Source: Deltaproteobacteria bacterium (lineage in GTDB: Bacteria > Desulfobacterota > Binatia > UBA12015). Taken from it: a stretch of 64,000 nt of DNA. Below, piece by piece: positions 32,132 to 43,882 of the stretch (its first letter is position 1; every line of letters starts with the position of its first letter). The DNA lies in assembly GCA_046583355.1 (NCBI GenBank), contig JAYGCM010000004.1:20232-84231 (forward strand), in the 5' to 3' direction. Below the pieces are notes generated by a model. That model did not search any database. It had not been told where the DNA came from and saw nothing but the letters and a program-made list of their open reading frames with translations. A program made the position numbers and the translations under genes.

Positions 32132-33166
32132 GTGAGCACTACTTCATTGAATTGGCGCGAGCTGACGCGACCGCAGAAGATCGAAGCCGACGCGAAAACC
32201 CTTAAAGCGACGTACGCAAAAATCGAATGCGAACCGCTGGAACGCGGCTTTGGCACTACCCTCGGAAACTCGCTGCGACGGATTTTACTTTCGTCGTTGC
32301 GTGGCGCGGCCGTGACCTCGGTTCGCTTTGAGAATACGCTGCATGAGTTCTCGACCATCGATGGCGTCGTAGAAGATGTCACCGACATTATTCTCAACCT
32401 CAAGGAGACGCGTTTCCGTCTCCATGATGGTTCCGAGCACACCACGGCACGAATCGACTTCGAAGGCCCCAAGGCCGTGACGGCAGCGGATATCGAATCC
32501 GGCCCCGAGTTGGAAATTCTCAACCCGGAGCACGTCATCGCGAATGTCGGCAAAGGCGGTCGTCTGACGGTCGACCTGACGATCCAGGCTGGCCGCGGTT
32601 ATGTGACGGCCGATCGCAACAAGGACGAGAACGCGCCGGTCGGCACGATTGCGATCGACTCGATCTTCTCGCCGGTCCGCAAGGTCAACCTGAACGTGAC
32701 CAACGCGCGCGTTGGGCAGCGGACCGACTACGACAAGCTTGCCATGGAGATCTGGACGGATGGCAGCATTCGGCCTGAGGACGCAGTCGCGTTCTCCGCC
32801 AGAATCCTCCAGGATCAGCTGAATATCTTCATCAACTTTGAAGAGCCGGCCGAAGAGAAGACGATCGCCAGAGAAGAGGAAGCCTCGGATCTGAACGAGA
32901 ACCTCTACAAGACGGTCGACGAGTTGGAGCTTTCGGTTCGCTCGGCGAATTGCCTGCAGAACGCCGACGTGCGTTTCATTGGCGAATTGGTGCAGCGCAC
33001 CGAGCCCGAGATGCTCAAGACCAAGAACTTCGGTCGCAAATCCCTCAACGAGATCAAGGAGCTCCTCACGGAGATGGGCCTTTCGTTGGGAATGCGTCTG
33101 GACAATTTCCCCACGCGCAACGATCTCGAAGAGCGCCGGGCGGCGCTCGAAGGGCAGCCTTCCTGA
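32132..33166 (+). CDS. rpoA: RNA polymerase alpha subunit
   Basis: [36 protein letters not shown] after AGGAG. Confidence 0.98.
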   Translation: MSTTSLNWRELTRPQKIEADAKTLKATYAKIECEPLERGFGTTLGNSLRRILLSSLRGAAVTSVRFENTLHEFSTIDGVVEDVTDIILNLKETRFRLHDGSEHTTARIDFEGPKAVTAADIESGPELEILNPEHVIANVGKGGRLTVDLTIQAGRGYVTADRNKDENAPVGTIAIDSIFSPVRKVNLNVTNARVGQRTDYDKLAMEIWTDGSIRPEDAVAFSARILQDQLNIFINFEEPAEEKTIAREEEASDLNENLYKTVDELELSVRSANCLQNADVRFIGELVQRTEPEMLKTKNFGRKSLNEIKELLTEMGLSLGMRLDNFPTRNDLEERRAALEGQPS

Positions 33167-33209
33167 CACCCCTTAGGGGTGTCAGACGATATCAGAAGAC
33201 GGACGAACC

Positions 33210-33632
33210 ATGCGACACTTGAAAGCAGGCAAACGGCTAGGCCGGACATCGGCACATCGGCTGGCACTCTATCGCAACCTCGTGACCGAGTTGGTCAAGC
33301 GAGGCCGGATTGAGACCACCGATGCGAAGGCAAAAGAGCTCCGCGGGATCGCCGATCGAATGGTGACCCTTGGCAAGAAGGGGACTCTCGCCGCGCGCCG
33401 GCGTGCGGCTGCCTATTTGCGCAGCCCGCAGGCGGTACAACACCTCTTCGCCGAGGTAGGGCCGAGCTTCCAGGATCGCCCCGGCGGCTACACCCGCGTG
33501 ACCAAACTCGGTTTGCGTACGGGCGATGCCGCGCCGATGTCGGTGATTGAGTTTACTGGCCGCAACGAAGCTGCCGAGCCGAAGAAGAAGCCGCGCCGCA
33601 AGGTCGCAGCGGAAGCCGAAGCCGAAGCGTAG
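33210..33632 (+). CDS. rplQ: 50S protein L17
   Basis: [20 protein letters not shown]. Confidence 0.98.
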   Translation: MRHLKAGKRLGRTSAHRLALYRNLVTELVKRGRIETTDAKAKELRGIADRMVTLGKKGTLAARRRAAAYLRSPQAVQHLFAEVGPSFQDRPGGYTRVTKLGLRTGDAAPMSVIEFTGRNEAAEPKKKPRRKVAAEAEAEA

Positions 33633-33685
33633 AGGCCCTTCAGCCTCTATTCCCACGAGTTTCAAGGCTCGTGGAGACACAAGGT

Positions 33686-33714
33686 TTGACCGGCCCCGGC
33701 GAAGTCGGTAGCTG
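33686..33714 (+). promoter_or_regulatory. possible promoter for the argS run
   Basis: TTGACC, 17 nt, TAGCTG, preceded by two short hairpins after rplQ. Confidence 0.3.
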
Positions 33715-33749
33715 CTCTTTGTGGTAGCGGTTGGTCAGGAGGCGGTGCG

Positions 33750-35408
33750 GTGAAGAGTCGAATCGAAGGGTTGCTCAAAGCTGCGCTCCGTAGCGCGGTC
33801 GATGCTGGCGAGCTCAAGAGCGGCGAGGCTCCCGGTCTGACAGTCGAGCACCCCAAGGATCGCATGCACGGTGATCTGGCCAGCAATGCCGCCATGATGC
33901 TCGCGCGCACCGAGAAGAGGGCGCCGCGCGCCATCGCCGAGACCATCCTTGCTCATCTGGAAGATCCGCACGGCTGGATCGAGGCCACCGAGATTGCCGG
34001 TGCGGGCTTTCTGAATTTCCGCCTCGCGCCGCCTTTTTTCCACGCGATTCTTCGTGACCTGATTGCCGGTGATGACCTTGGCGTGGCCGCCTCGGGCAAA
34101 GGTAAACGGGTTCAGGTCGAGTTCGTGAGTGCCAATCCGACGGGGCCGCTGACGGTTGGCCATGGCCGCAACGCGGTTCTCGGTGACTCGATCGCGCGGG
34201 TGCTCCAGGCCACCGGCCACGACGTCCAGCGCGAATATTATTTCAATAATGCGGGCCGCCAGATGAAGGTCCTCGGCGACTCGGTACGGGCGCGTTATCT
34301 TGAGATCCTCGGTCGCGAGTCTGCCTTTCCCGAAGACGGTTATCAGGGCGATTATATCCGGGATATTGCGCAAGGCTTGGTCGACCGTGACGGCGACTCG
34401 CTTGCCGAGCATGAGGGCACGGCGTTTCGCGAGGCGGCAGAGTCGGGCATCTTTGCCGAGATCCGCAAGACTCAGGACCGGCTCGGAATCCGCTTCGACA
34501 ACTACTTCAACGAGGACACGCTCTATTCCAGCGGTGCCATCGAGCGCATGCTCGAAGCCTTGGAGGCGCACGATCTGGTTGTGCGCCGCGACGGGGCCGT
34601 ATGGTTGCGTGGCGAAGCTCTGGGCCTCAATAAGGACCGCGTGCTCGTCAAGGGCAGTGGAGAGCCGGCCTACCGCCTGCCGGATATGGCCTACCACGCC
34701 AACAAGCTCGGGCGCGGCTTTGATGAGGTAGTGGTCGTCCTCGGCGCCGATCATATCGCGGAGAGCCAAGAGGTGAAGCTCGGGCTGGAAGGCGTCGGTC
34801 TCGACGCGTCCAAGATCCGGCCGATCATCTACCAGTTTGTGACCTTGACGAGAAACGGCGAGCAGGTGAAAATGTCCACCCGTCGCGCGGAGTATGTGAC
34901 GCTCGATGAACTGGTCGACGAGGTCGGCACGGATGCTGTCCGCTTCTTCTTCCTGAGCCGCAAATCCGACACGCATCTGGATTTCGATCTGGAGCTTGCC
35001 AAGAAGCGTTCAACCGACAATCCGGTCTATTATGTGCAATACGCGCACGCGCGTATTGCCAATCTCTTCGGCCAGGCCCGCGAGCGCGGCATCGAGCTGC
35101 CGACCGGCGCACCGACGCTTGAGGAATTGGCGCCCCTCGTGCTCCCCGAAGAGCGCGAGTTGATCACTGCCTTGGCCGGCTATGGCGAGGTCATCGCCGC
35201 GGCCAGCGCGGAACTCGAGCCACACCGCTTGGTCTTCTATTTGCGGGATCTCGCGGCTGCCTTGCACCGATTCTACAATAAATATCGGGTACTCGGCGAT
35301 GATACCGAGCCGCGGGTTCAGGCGCGTTTGCACCTGCTGGGCATGGTCCAGCGGGTGGTGGCGGGCGGACTCGGGGTACTCGGCGTGGATGCTCCGGAGA
35401 GGATGTAG
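33750..35408 (+). CDS. argS: Arginine--tRNA ligase
   Basis: EFVSANPTGPL, REYYFN, KMSTR, NPVYYVQYAHAR, APERM C-terminus. Confidence 0.97.
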   Translation: MKSRIEGLLKAALRSAVDAGELKSGEAPGLTVEHPKDRMHGDLASNAAMMLARTEKRAPRAIAETILAHLEDPHGWIEATEIAGAGFLNFRLAPPFFHAILRDLIAGDDLGVAASGKGKRVQVEFVSANPTGPLTVGHGRNAVLGDSIARVLQATGHDVQREYYFNNAGRQMKVLGDSVRARYLEILGRESAFPEDGYQGDYIRDIAQGLVDRDGDSLAEHEGTAFREAAESGIFAEIRKTQDRLGIRFDNYFNEDTLYSSGAIERMLEALEAHDLVVRRDGAVWLRGEALGLNKDRVLVKGSGEPAYRLPDMAYHANKLGRGFDEVVVVLGADHIAESQEVKLGLEGVGLDASKIRPIIYQFVTLTRNGEQVKMSTRRAEYVTLDELVDEVGTDAVRFFFLSRKSDTHLDFDLELAKKRSTDNPVYYVQYAHARIANLFGQARERGIELPTGAPTLEELAPLVLPEERELITALAGYGEVIAAASAELEPHRLVFYLRDLAAALHRFYNKYRVLGDDTEPRVQARLHLLGMVQRVVAGGLGVLGVDAPERM

Positions 35409-35410
35409 AA

Positions 35411-36064
35411 ATGGGAGGCGGCGCACGACGTTTTGAGTTCGGCTGGCTCGAAGTCCTGGGCCTGATCTTGGTTTTCGCTGGCGGGTCCGCGATCGTATTC
35501 TTCCTCGGCATTTTTGTCGGCAAGGGGCTTCAGGAGAGCCGGGTGCGCAGCGAGGAACGTGTCGTGCGGTTGCCGATTGACGGCGCCGCCCGTGTCGTGT
35601 CGCGCCCGACAGCGGGCCGCAAGCGCGTATCGGACCGCGTGGTGCTTCCCCTGCCGACGGCGACTGCCGGCGTTCGACTCGTGGTCAAGCCGGCACCGAC
35701 GGCGACGCGAAAACCGCGCCCGACGGCAACCCGGGTGCCCCGGCCGCTGGCGCCGATGGCCACGCCGCGCCCGGCGCGTACGGCGGCGCGCCTGCGGCCG
35801 CAGCCGACTCTGAGCGTACAGGCGGTGCAGGGGAGTTGGGCCGTTCAGGTCAACGCAACCAAAGATGCCGCCACCGCGCGCCGTCTGATTTTCCAGCTAC
35901 GTCAGAAGGGCTATCGTGCCTATCTGGTCGAAGTTCGCCTGCGTGGCGAGACTTGGTACCGCGTCCGCGTCGGCCGTTTCGCGACGATGAGCGAGGCGAC
36001 CTCGGCCGTCGTACGGCTCAAGAACCGGGAACGCTATAAACGCGCGTTCCTCGTTCAGGAGTGA
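35411..36064 (+). CDS. SPOR-domain membrane protein (FtsN/DedD-like)
   Basis: N-terminal TM, Pro/Thr/Arg-rich linker with PTAT repeats, WAVQV...WYRVRVG SPOR motif; follows argS. Confidence 0.85.
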   Translation: MGGGARRFEFGWLEVLGLILVFAGGSAIVFFLGIFVGKGLQESRVRSEERVVRLPIDGAARVVSRPTAGRKRVSDRVVLPLPTATAGVRLVVKPAPTATRKPRPTATRVPRPLAPMATPRPARTAARLRPQPTLSVQAVQGSWAVQVNATKDAATARRLIFQLRQKGYRAYLVEVRLRGETWYRVRVGRFATMSEATSAVVRLKNRERYKRAFLVQE

Positions 36065-36070
36065 TGCGTC

Positions 36071-37552
36071 GTGCGAATTTACCCGACACCGAAGCAGTTC
36101 GAGAGGCTGGCTGAGGGAGTGACGCATATCCCGGTCTGGGCCGAGATCCTCTCCGACCGCGATACGCCGGTTACGGCCTTTCAGAAAATCCATCGTGGCA
36201 AGCATGGTTTTCTGCTCGAGAGTGCGGAGGGCGGCGAGCGGTGGGGTCGCTATAGCTTCCTGGCCACCGAGCCGGCCGCCATCGTCCGTGCCAACGGCCG
36301 CGAGATGCGAATCGAGTGGGCCGATGGTCGGGTCGAGGAACATCACGATGTGGACCCGCTGCTCCAGCTTCGCGAATTGCTCGGCCGTTATCAGATCGCC
36401 GAGGTTCCGGACTTGCCGCGTTTGCATGGGGGGCTCGTTGGTTGGATCGGCTACGATGCGGTCCGCTTCATCGAGGACCTGCCCGATGCGCCGCCAGACG
36501 ATATGGACCTGCCGGAGCTGGGCCTGCTGCTGGTCGATACCCTGGTCGTCTTCGACAATCGCAAGCAGAAGATTCTTCTCCTGACGCATGCCGACCTTCG
36601 CACGACCGACGATCTGAGCCAGGCTCGTGCGGACGCGATTTCTCGTCTGGAGGAGTTGGCGGCCCGGCTCGACGCCAGCCCACCTGAGTTGCCGGCCCGC
36701 ATCGGCGAGCCGGTTGCGCACGAAGTACAATCCAATCTCAGCCCCCAGCGCTACGGCGAGATGGTCCTGCGCGCCAAGGAGTACATCAAGGCAGGCGACA
36801 TCATTCAGGTTGTGCTCTCGCAGCGTTTCACGCGTGAGACCACGGCACGCCCTTTTGATGTCTATCGCTGCCTTCGCTCGATCAACCCATCTCCCTATCT
36901 GACCTACCTTGAGCTCGACGGGTTGTCGGTCGTGAGTGGTTCGCCCGAAGTTCTCGTTCGGCTCGAAGGTGGCACGATGACCGTCCGGCCGATTGCCGGG
37001 ACGCGGGCGCGCGCCGCCGATCCGGCCGAGGATGCGAAGCTTGAGGAGAGCCTCCTGGCCGACCCCAAGGAACGCGCCGAGCATGTGATGTTGCTGGATC
37101 TGGGGCGCAACGATGTAGGCCGGGTCGCTGCGCCGGGGACGGTTCGTGTGACCGAGGAGTTTCAGATCGAACGCTATTCGCACGTCATGCATATTGTCTC
37201 GAATGTCGAGGGCAAGCTGGCGCCCGGGCTCGATGCGATCGACGCGCTGCGGGCGGCGTTCCCCGCGGGGACACTCTCGGGTGCGCCGAAGGTGCGCGCC
37301 ATGCAGATCATTGACGAGTTGGAGCCCTTGCGCCGCGGGCTCTATGGCGGTGCGCTTGGCTATCTGGGTTTCGACGGCGTGATGGATACGGCGATCACGA
37401 TCCGCACCGCCTTGATGCGGGACGGCCGTGCCTGGGTACAGGCGGGCGCCGGCATCGTCTACGATTCGGTCCCGGAAACCGAGCACGACGAATGCGAGCG
37501 TAAATCGCGCAGCGTTCTGGCCGCGATCGAAATGGCCGAAGGGCTCGTTTGA
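36071..37552 (+). CDS. trpE: Anthranilate synthase component I
   Basis: LLES...[38 protein letters not shown]. Confidence 0.96.
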   Translation: MRIYPTPKQFERLAEGVTHIPVWAEILSDRDTPVTAFQKIHRGKHGFLLESAEGGERWGRYSFLATEPAAIVRANGREMRIEWADGRVEEHHDVDPLLQLRELLGRYQIAEVPDLPRLHGGLVGWIGYDAVRFIEDLPDAPPDDMDLPELGLLLVDTLVVFDNRKQKILLLTHADLRTTDDLSQARADAISRLEELAARLDASPPELPARIGEPVAHEVQSNLSPQRYGEMVLRAKEYIKAGDIIQVVLSQRFTRETTARPFDVYRCLRSINPSPYLTYLELDGLSVVSGSPEVLVRLEGGTMTVRPIAGTRARAADPAEDAKLEESLLADPKERAEHVMLLDLGRNDVGRVAAPGTVRVTEEFQIERYSHVMHIVSNVEGKLAPGLDAIDALRAAFPAGTLSGAPKVRAMQIIDELEPLRRGLYGGALGYLGFDGVMDTAITIRTALMRDGRAWVQAGAGIVYDSVPETEHDECERKSRSVLAAIEMAEGLV

Positions 37553-37559
37553 GGCGTCG

Positions 37560-38140
37560 ATGATTTTAATGATCGACAATTACGATTCCTTCACCTGGAA
37601 TCTGGTGCAATACCTCTTTGAACTCGGTGCCGAGGTCGAAGTCGTGCGCAACGACGAGATCGACTTGGATCAGGTCCAGCGGCGCAACCCGGCCGCGATC
37701 GTCGTCTCGCCGGGGCCCTGCACGCCGCGCGAAGCGGGGATCTCGGTGCCTCTGATCGAGCGCTTTGCCGGTAAGGTCCCGATCCTCGGCGTTTGTCTGG
37801 GCCACCAATCCATCGGCGCCGCCCTGGGCGCGCGGATCGTGCGGGCCTCGCGCATCATGCATGGCAAGACCTCGCCGATTGCTCATACGGGACATGGCAT
37901 CTTCGCCGGCCTGTCGCAGAACCTCGAGGCGACGCGCTACCATTCGCTGGTGATCGAGCCGGATTCCCTGCCCGAATCCCTCGCGGTCACGGCGTGGACG
38001 CATGACGGCGATACGAAGGTCATCATGGGCGTCCGCCACAAGGAGTGGTTCCTCGAAGGCGTCCAATTCCATCCGGAATCGATCCTCACTGCCGAGGGCA
38101 AGCCCTTGCTGGCAAATTTTCTTGCTGAGGTCGCGCGCTC

Positions 38141-38144
<4 letters not shown>
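37560..38144 (+). CDS. trpG: Anthranilate synthase component II
   Basis: [25 protein letters not shown]. Confidence 0.96.
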
Positions 38145-39186
<1,042 letters not shown>

Positions 39187-39190
<4 letters not shown>

Positions 39191-40002
39191 GTCCGGCCAG
39201 TATTCCCGATGTTCTCGCCCGCATTGTCGAGGCGCAAATCGGCGTCGTCGCTGCCGCGAAGCAGGCCCGCTCGGTCGCCGATCTGCGCGAGCAACCGGGC
39301 TACGCTTTGCCGCGCCATAGTCTGGTGGATTCCCTGAGTGCCAAACGGCCGGGTGTGATCTGCGAATGCAAACGCCGCTCGCCGTCACGCGGCATCCTGC
39401 GCGATCCGTACGACGCCGCCGCGATCGCACGTGGCTACGAGGCGGCGGGCGCTGCCGGAATCTCGGTGTTGACCAACGAGGAGTTTTTCGGCGGCACGCT
39501 GGAGGATCTGCGACGGGTACGCGATGTGGTGGCGGTGCCGCTTCTGCGTAAAGATTTTGTCATCGACGAGTACCAACTCGAGGAGGCACGCGCGGCCGGA
39601 GCGGACGCGGCGCTGCTGATTGCGTCCGTGCTCGACCCCGTTCAGTTGCGCGATTTTGCGGCGGTGGCCTCTGGCATCGGGCTCGAGGTCCTTGTCGAAA
39701 TTCATGACGCGCCGGAATTGGCCGGGGCGCTCGACTCGGGTGCCCGGCTGATTGGCATCAATAACCGAAATCTCCACAACTTCGTGACCGACCTCGCGAC
39801 CACCGAGGCGCTGGCGCCCGATGTGCCGCCGGACAGGATCGTCGTCGCCGAAAGCGGCTTGCGCGAGGGGGCCGACCTGCGGCGCTTGGGGCATGTCGGA
39901 GTCCATGCCTTTCTGGTCGGCGAGGCCTTCATGCAGGCCGAGGTGCCAGGCGATGCGCTGGGCCGGATGCTTGCCGAGGCGGCTGCGGCCGAGGCCGGAT
40001 GA
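39187..40002 (+). CDS. trpC: Indole-3-glycerol phosphate synthase
   Basis: ECKRRSPSRG, LRKDF, GINNRNL, AESG. Confidence 0.97.
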
Positions 40003-40613
40003 CCGTCCGTGTGAAAATTTGCGGCGTGACCAGGGCTGCGGACGCTACGATGGCGGTCGCGGCGGGCGCCGATATGATCGGGCTCAATTTCTCCCCCTCC
40101 AGCCGTCGCTTCGTCTCGACCGAGCGCGCTCTTGTCGTCGCGGCCGCCGTACCCTCGCCGGTGTGGAAGGTTGGTGTCTTCGTCAATTCGTCGCGCGCGG
40201 AGGTCGAAGAAATCCGTCACCGGGTCGGGCTTGACGCGCTGCAATTCCACGGCGACGAGCCGGCGGAGATGCTTGCCGGCTGGCCGTGTCCGGTGATCCG
40301 GGCCTTCCGGATCGCCTCTGCGGCCGATGCCTCTGCGGCACTCGATTCTTCGTCACCGGCTTATTACCTTCTCGAAGGAGATGCCGGCGCCGATTACGGT
40401 GGCGTTGGTGCCGGCTTCAAATGGGCCTGGGCGCGTGAGATTCCGGCCTCGCGTCTGATCGTGGCTGGCGGTCTCAAGCCAGAGAATGTTGCTGACGCCG
40501 TCCGGTCGCTTCGCCCCTTCGGGGTCGATGTGGCGAGCGGTGTCGAATCGGAACCGGGAATCAAGGACGCGGCAGCGACCGCGGAGTTCATCCAGAATGC
40601 GAAATCAACCTGA
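39999..40613 (+). CDS. trpF: Phosphoribosylanthranilate isomerase
   Basis: [26 protein letters not shown]. Confidence 0.96.
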   Translation: MTVRVKICGVTRAADATMAVAAGADMIGLNFSPSSRRFVSTERALVVAAAVPSPVWKVGVFVNSSRAEVEEIRHRVGLDALQFHGDEPAEMLAGWPCPVIRAFRIASAADASAALDSSSPAYYLLEGDAGADYGGVGAGFKWAWAREIPASRLIVAGGLKPENVADAVRSLRPFGVDVASGVESEPGIKDAAATAEFIQNAKST

Positions 40614-41802
40614 TCGTCTAGGCCATTTTGGCGAGTTCGGTGGCCGCTACGTGAGCGAGACGCTCATGCCCGCCCTGATCGAGCTCGAAGAGGCGTACCG
40701 CAGGATCCGTCGGGATCCCGACTTCAAACGTGAGCTGCGGGATTTGCTCGCGCAATACGTCGGCCGCCCGACGCCGCTGACTTTCGCCGAGCGCTTGACC
40801 GAGAAGCTCGGTGGCGCGCGCATCTGGCTCAAGCGCGAAGATCTTTGTCATACCGGCGCACATAAGATCAACAATACGATCGGCCAGATCCTCATTGCGC
40901 GGCGTATGGGCAAGCGGCGGATTATCGCCGAGACCGGAGCGGGGCAGCATGGCGTGGCGGCGGCGACGGCGGCAGCACGCTTCGGCCTCGAATGTGAAGT
41001 TTTTATGGGCGAGGAAGATGTAAGGCGTCAGGCGCTGAATGTCTTTCGCATGAAGCTGCTGGGCGCCAGCGTGCGGGTTGTGACGAGTGGTAGCCGGACG
41101 CTCAAGGACGCGATGAACGAGGCGCTGCGTGATTGGATCACCAACGTCGAAGACACATATTATATGATCGGTTCGGCGGCCGGGCCACATCCCTACCCGA
41201 TGATGGTGCGCGAGCTCCAGACGGTGATCGGCAAAGAGGCGCGCCGGCAATTCCACGCGGCCGTCGGCGGCTTGCCCGATGTATTGGTGGCCTGCGTCGG
41301 TGGGGGCTCCAACGCGATCGGCCTCTTCCATCCCTTCCTCGAAGACGAAGGCGTCCGCATCATCGGTGTCGAGGCTTCCGGGCACGGGATCGAGAGCGGT
41401 GCGCATGCGGCGACCCTCAACGCGGGCATTCCGGGTGTCCTGCACGGAGCGCGCTCCTACCTTCTGCAAGACGAGTTGGGTCAGGTGATGGAGGCACATT
41501 CGATCTCGGCCGGTCTCGACTATCCAGGCGTCGGGCCGGAACATTCGTTCCTGAAAGAGAGCGGACGCGCCGAGTATGTGACTGCCAGCGACGACGAAGC
41601 ACTGACGGCTCTGGAGCTGCTGGCTCGATGCGAGGGCATCATCCCAGCGCTCGAATCCGCGCATGCGCTGGCTTGTGTCACCCGGATCGCACCGGGGATG
41701 CGGCCGGATCAGAATATCGTCGTCAGCCTCTCGGGGCGCGGGGATAAGGATATGGAGACCGTCGCCGAGCATCTCGACGCGGCGCGGGGAGAGGCCCAAT
41801 GA
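40597..41802 (+). CDS. trpB: Tryptophan synthase beta chain
   Basis: [34 protein letters not shown]. Confidence 0.98.
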   Translation: MRNQPDRLGHFGEFGGRYVSETLMPALIELEEAYRRIRRDPDFKRELRDLLAQYVGRPTPLTFAERLTEKLGGARIWLKREDLCHTGAHKINNTIGQILIARRMGKRRIIAETGAGQHGVAAATAAARFGLECEVFMGEEDVRRQALNVFRMKLLGASVRVVTSGSRTLKDAMNEALRDWITNVEDTYYMIGSAAGPHPYPMMVRELQTVIGKEARRQFHAAVGGLPDVLVACVGGGSNAIGLFHPFLEDEGVRIIGVEASGHGIESGAHAATLNAGIPGVLHGARSYLLQDELGQVMEAHSISAGLDYPGVGPEHSFLKESGRAEYVTASDDEALTALELLARCEGIIPALESAHALACVTRIAPGMRPDQNIVVSLSGRGDKDMETVAEHLDAARGEAQ

Positions 41803-42617
41803 AGAGCGCGAGCAAACGGCTGCGCGCGCGCTTTGCTACGCTGCGCAAACGCGACGAGGCTGCCTTCGTTCCTTTCCTGATGACGGGCGATCCGGATATC
41901 GACACGACCGAGAGGCTCGCGCTTGAGCTTGCCGAGGGTGGCGCGGATATCCTCGAACTCGGCGTGCCTTTCTCCGATCCGATGGCGGACGGGCCGGTGC
42001 TGCAACGCGCCGCGGAGCGCGCGCTGGCGGCGGGAACCACCTTGCCGGGGGTGATCGATCTGGTCGCGCGCTTGCGCCGCAAGATCGATATTCCGATCGT
42101 TCTTTTCGGTTACGCCAACCCTTTCCTGCATTTCGGCTGCGAGGCGCTTGCCCAGGCATTGGCTGCCGCCGGCGCCGACGCCGTGCTTTGTGTCGATATG
42201 CCGGTCGATGAGGCCGACCAATTGCGTTTGCCGCTGGCCGCGGTCGGGCTCGATATGATCTTCCTGCTTGCCCCGACAAGTACCGAGGCGCGGATTCAGC
42301 GCGTATTGCGTAGCGCAAGCGGCTTTGTCTATTTCGTCTCGGTGGCTGGCGTCACCGGTGATAAAGTCGCCGAGGCGGGCGCGATCACCTCGTTGGTGGG
42401 GACGATCCGCGGCGCGACCAAGCTGCCGGTTGGTGTGGGTTTCGGCATCTCGACGCCGGAGGCTGCCGCCGAGGTGGCGGCGATCTCCGATGCCGTGATC
42501 GTCGGCAGCAAATTCTCCCGCATCATCGAAGCATCGTCCGATACGGATACTGCAGTGGCCGAGGTCGGCGCATTGGGCCGTGCATTGAAAGAGGCGACGC
42601 GACGGTCGCGGAGCTGA
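41799..42617 (+). CDS. trpA: Tryptophan synthase alpha chain
   Basis: [25 protein letters not shown]. Confidence 0.97.
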   Translation: MKSASKRLRARFATLRKRDEAAFVPFLMTGDPDIDTTERLALELAEGGADILELGVPFSDPMADGPVLQRAAERALAAGTTLPGVIDLVARLRRKIDIPIVLFGYANPFLHFGCEALAQALAAAGADAVLCVDMPVDEADQLRLPLAAVGLDMIFLLAPTSTEARIQRVLRSASGFVYFVSVAGVTGDKVAEAGAITSLVGTIRGATKLPVGVGFGISTPEAAAEVAAISDAVIVGSKFSRIIEASSDTDTAVAEVGALGRALKEATRRSRS

Positions 42618-42625
42618 ATCAGCCC

Positions 42626-43882
42626 ATGAATTATGCCGAGACGGTCGAGTACCTCTGCGGTCTCGAAGCGAGCCGCGGCTGGGATCTCAAACTGGAGAGA
42701 GTCCGCGCGGCGCTGGTGGCACTCGGTTCTCCCGAGACCGGCTATCCGGCGGTGCTCATCGCCGGGACCAACGGCAAAGGGACCACGGCCGCGCTTACGG
42801 CTGCGGCATTTCAGCAGGCAGGGCTGCGGGTCGGGCTCTATACCTCGCCGCATCTGGTGCATTTCACCGAGCGGATTCGCATCGACGGCGATGAGCTGGG
42901 GCGCGCCGCGGTGGTGGCTCTGGTGGCCGAGATCCGGCGGGTGGCGCCACCCGAAGAGACCGGTCTCACTTTCTTCGAAGTCACGACCTTAATTGCGTTG
43001 CTTGCCTTTGCTGCATCTGATGTGGATATCGCGATTCTCGAGGTCGGGCTGGGTGGTCGGTTGGATGCGACCAATGTTGTCGAGCCCCTGGCCTCTGCTG
43101 TCGTCAGCATCGATTACGACCATGAGGCGTGGCTCGGCTCGACGCTGGCGGAGATCGCCGGTGAGAAAGCCGGCGTGATGCGCGCGGACCGCCTTGTGGT
43201 TGTCGGAGCCGCGATTGCGCCCGAAGCCGCCGAGGTGCTGGAGAATACCGCCGATGGCCTCGGTGCGCGCCTCGTGCGCGCCGAGTCCGGCTTCTTCCCC
43301 CTCGCTCTTGCCGGTGCGCATATGCAGAATAACGCGCGCGTCGCGGCCGCGTTGGTGCGCCATATATCCGAGCAACGCCCGGAGTTTCAGGTCACCTCCG
43401 AGCAACTCGCCTTGGCGTTCGCCGCTACCCGCTTTCCGGGGCGAATGAGCCGATTTGATATGGGCGTGCCGGTGATTGCCGACGGCGCTCATAACCGAGC
43501 GGCCGCTGATGCGCTCTGCGGATCGCTGGCGGAGTTGTTGCCGGGGCAGGGATATAGGCTTGTCTTCGGCGCTCTCTCGGACAAGGATTGGCAGGGCGTG
43601 GGCCGGCGCCTGGCTGGCGCCGCCACGGCGGCGGCCGTGGTGCCGATCGCCAATCCGCGCGCGGTGCCGGTGGCGGAATTGCGCCATTCTCTCGCGGCTT
43701 GTGTACCGACCCGTGCGGCGGCGGGAGTGGCGGCCGCGGTCGCGGAATTCGCCGCCGAATCGTCGACCATACCGGTGGTCGTTGCCGGATCCCTCTTCCT
43801 TGTAGGAGAACTCTATGAGGAGGTTCTGCGGCGTCAAGGATGTACCAGTGTATTCGCCTTGTCGGCCGGGGAGGGTGCATGA
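42626..43882 (+). CDS. folC: Dihydrofolate/folylpolyglutamate synthase
   Basis: AGTNGKG, YTSPHL, EVGLGGRLDATNV, DGAHN, GSLFLVGE. Confidence 0.94.
   Translation: MNYAETVEYLCGLEASRGWDLKLERVRAALVALGSPETGYPAVLIAGTNGKGTTAALTAAAFQQAGLRVGLYTSPHLVHFTERIRIDGDELGRAAVVALVAEIRRVAPPEETGLTFFEVTTLIALLAFAASDVDIAILEVGLGGRLDATNVVEPLASAVVSIDYDHEAWLGSTLAEIAGEKAGVMRADRLVVVGAAIAPEAAEVLENTADGLGARLVRAESGFFPLALAGAHMQNNARVAAALVRHISEQRPEFQVTSEQLALAFAATRFPGRMSRFDMGVPVIADGAHNRAAADALCGSLAELLPGQGYRLVFGALSDKDWQGVGRRLAGAATAAAVVPIANPRAVPVAELRHSLAACVPTRAAAGVAAAVAEFAAESSTIPVVVAGSLFLVGELYEEVLRRQGCTSVFALSAGEGA

Noticed and set aside
36883..36902. TrpE NPSPYL instead of NPSPYM (feedback site)
   Set aside because: Conservative change with the LLES motif intact; feedback resistance cannot be inferred
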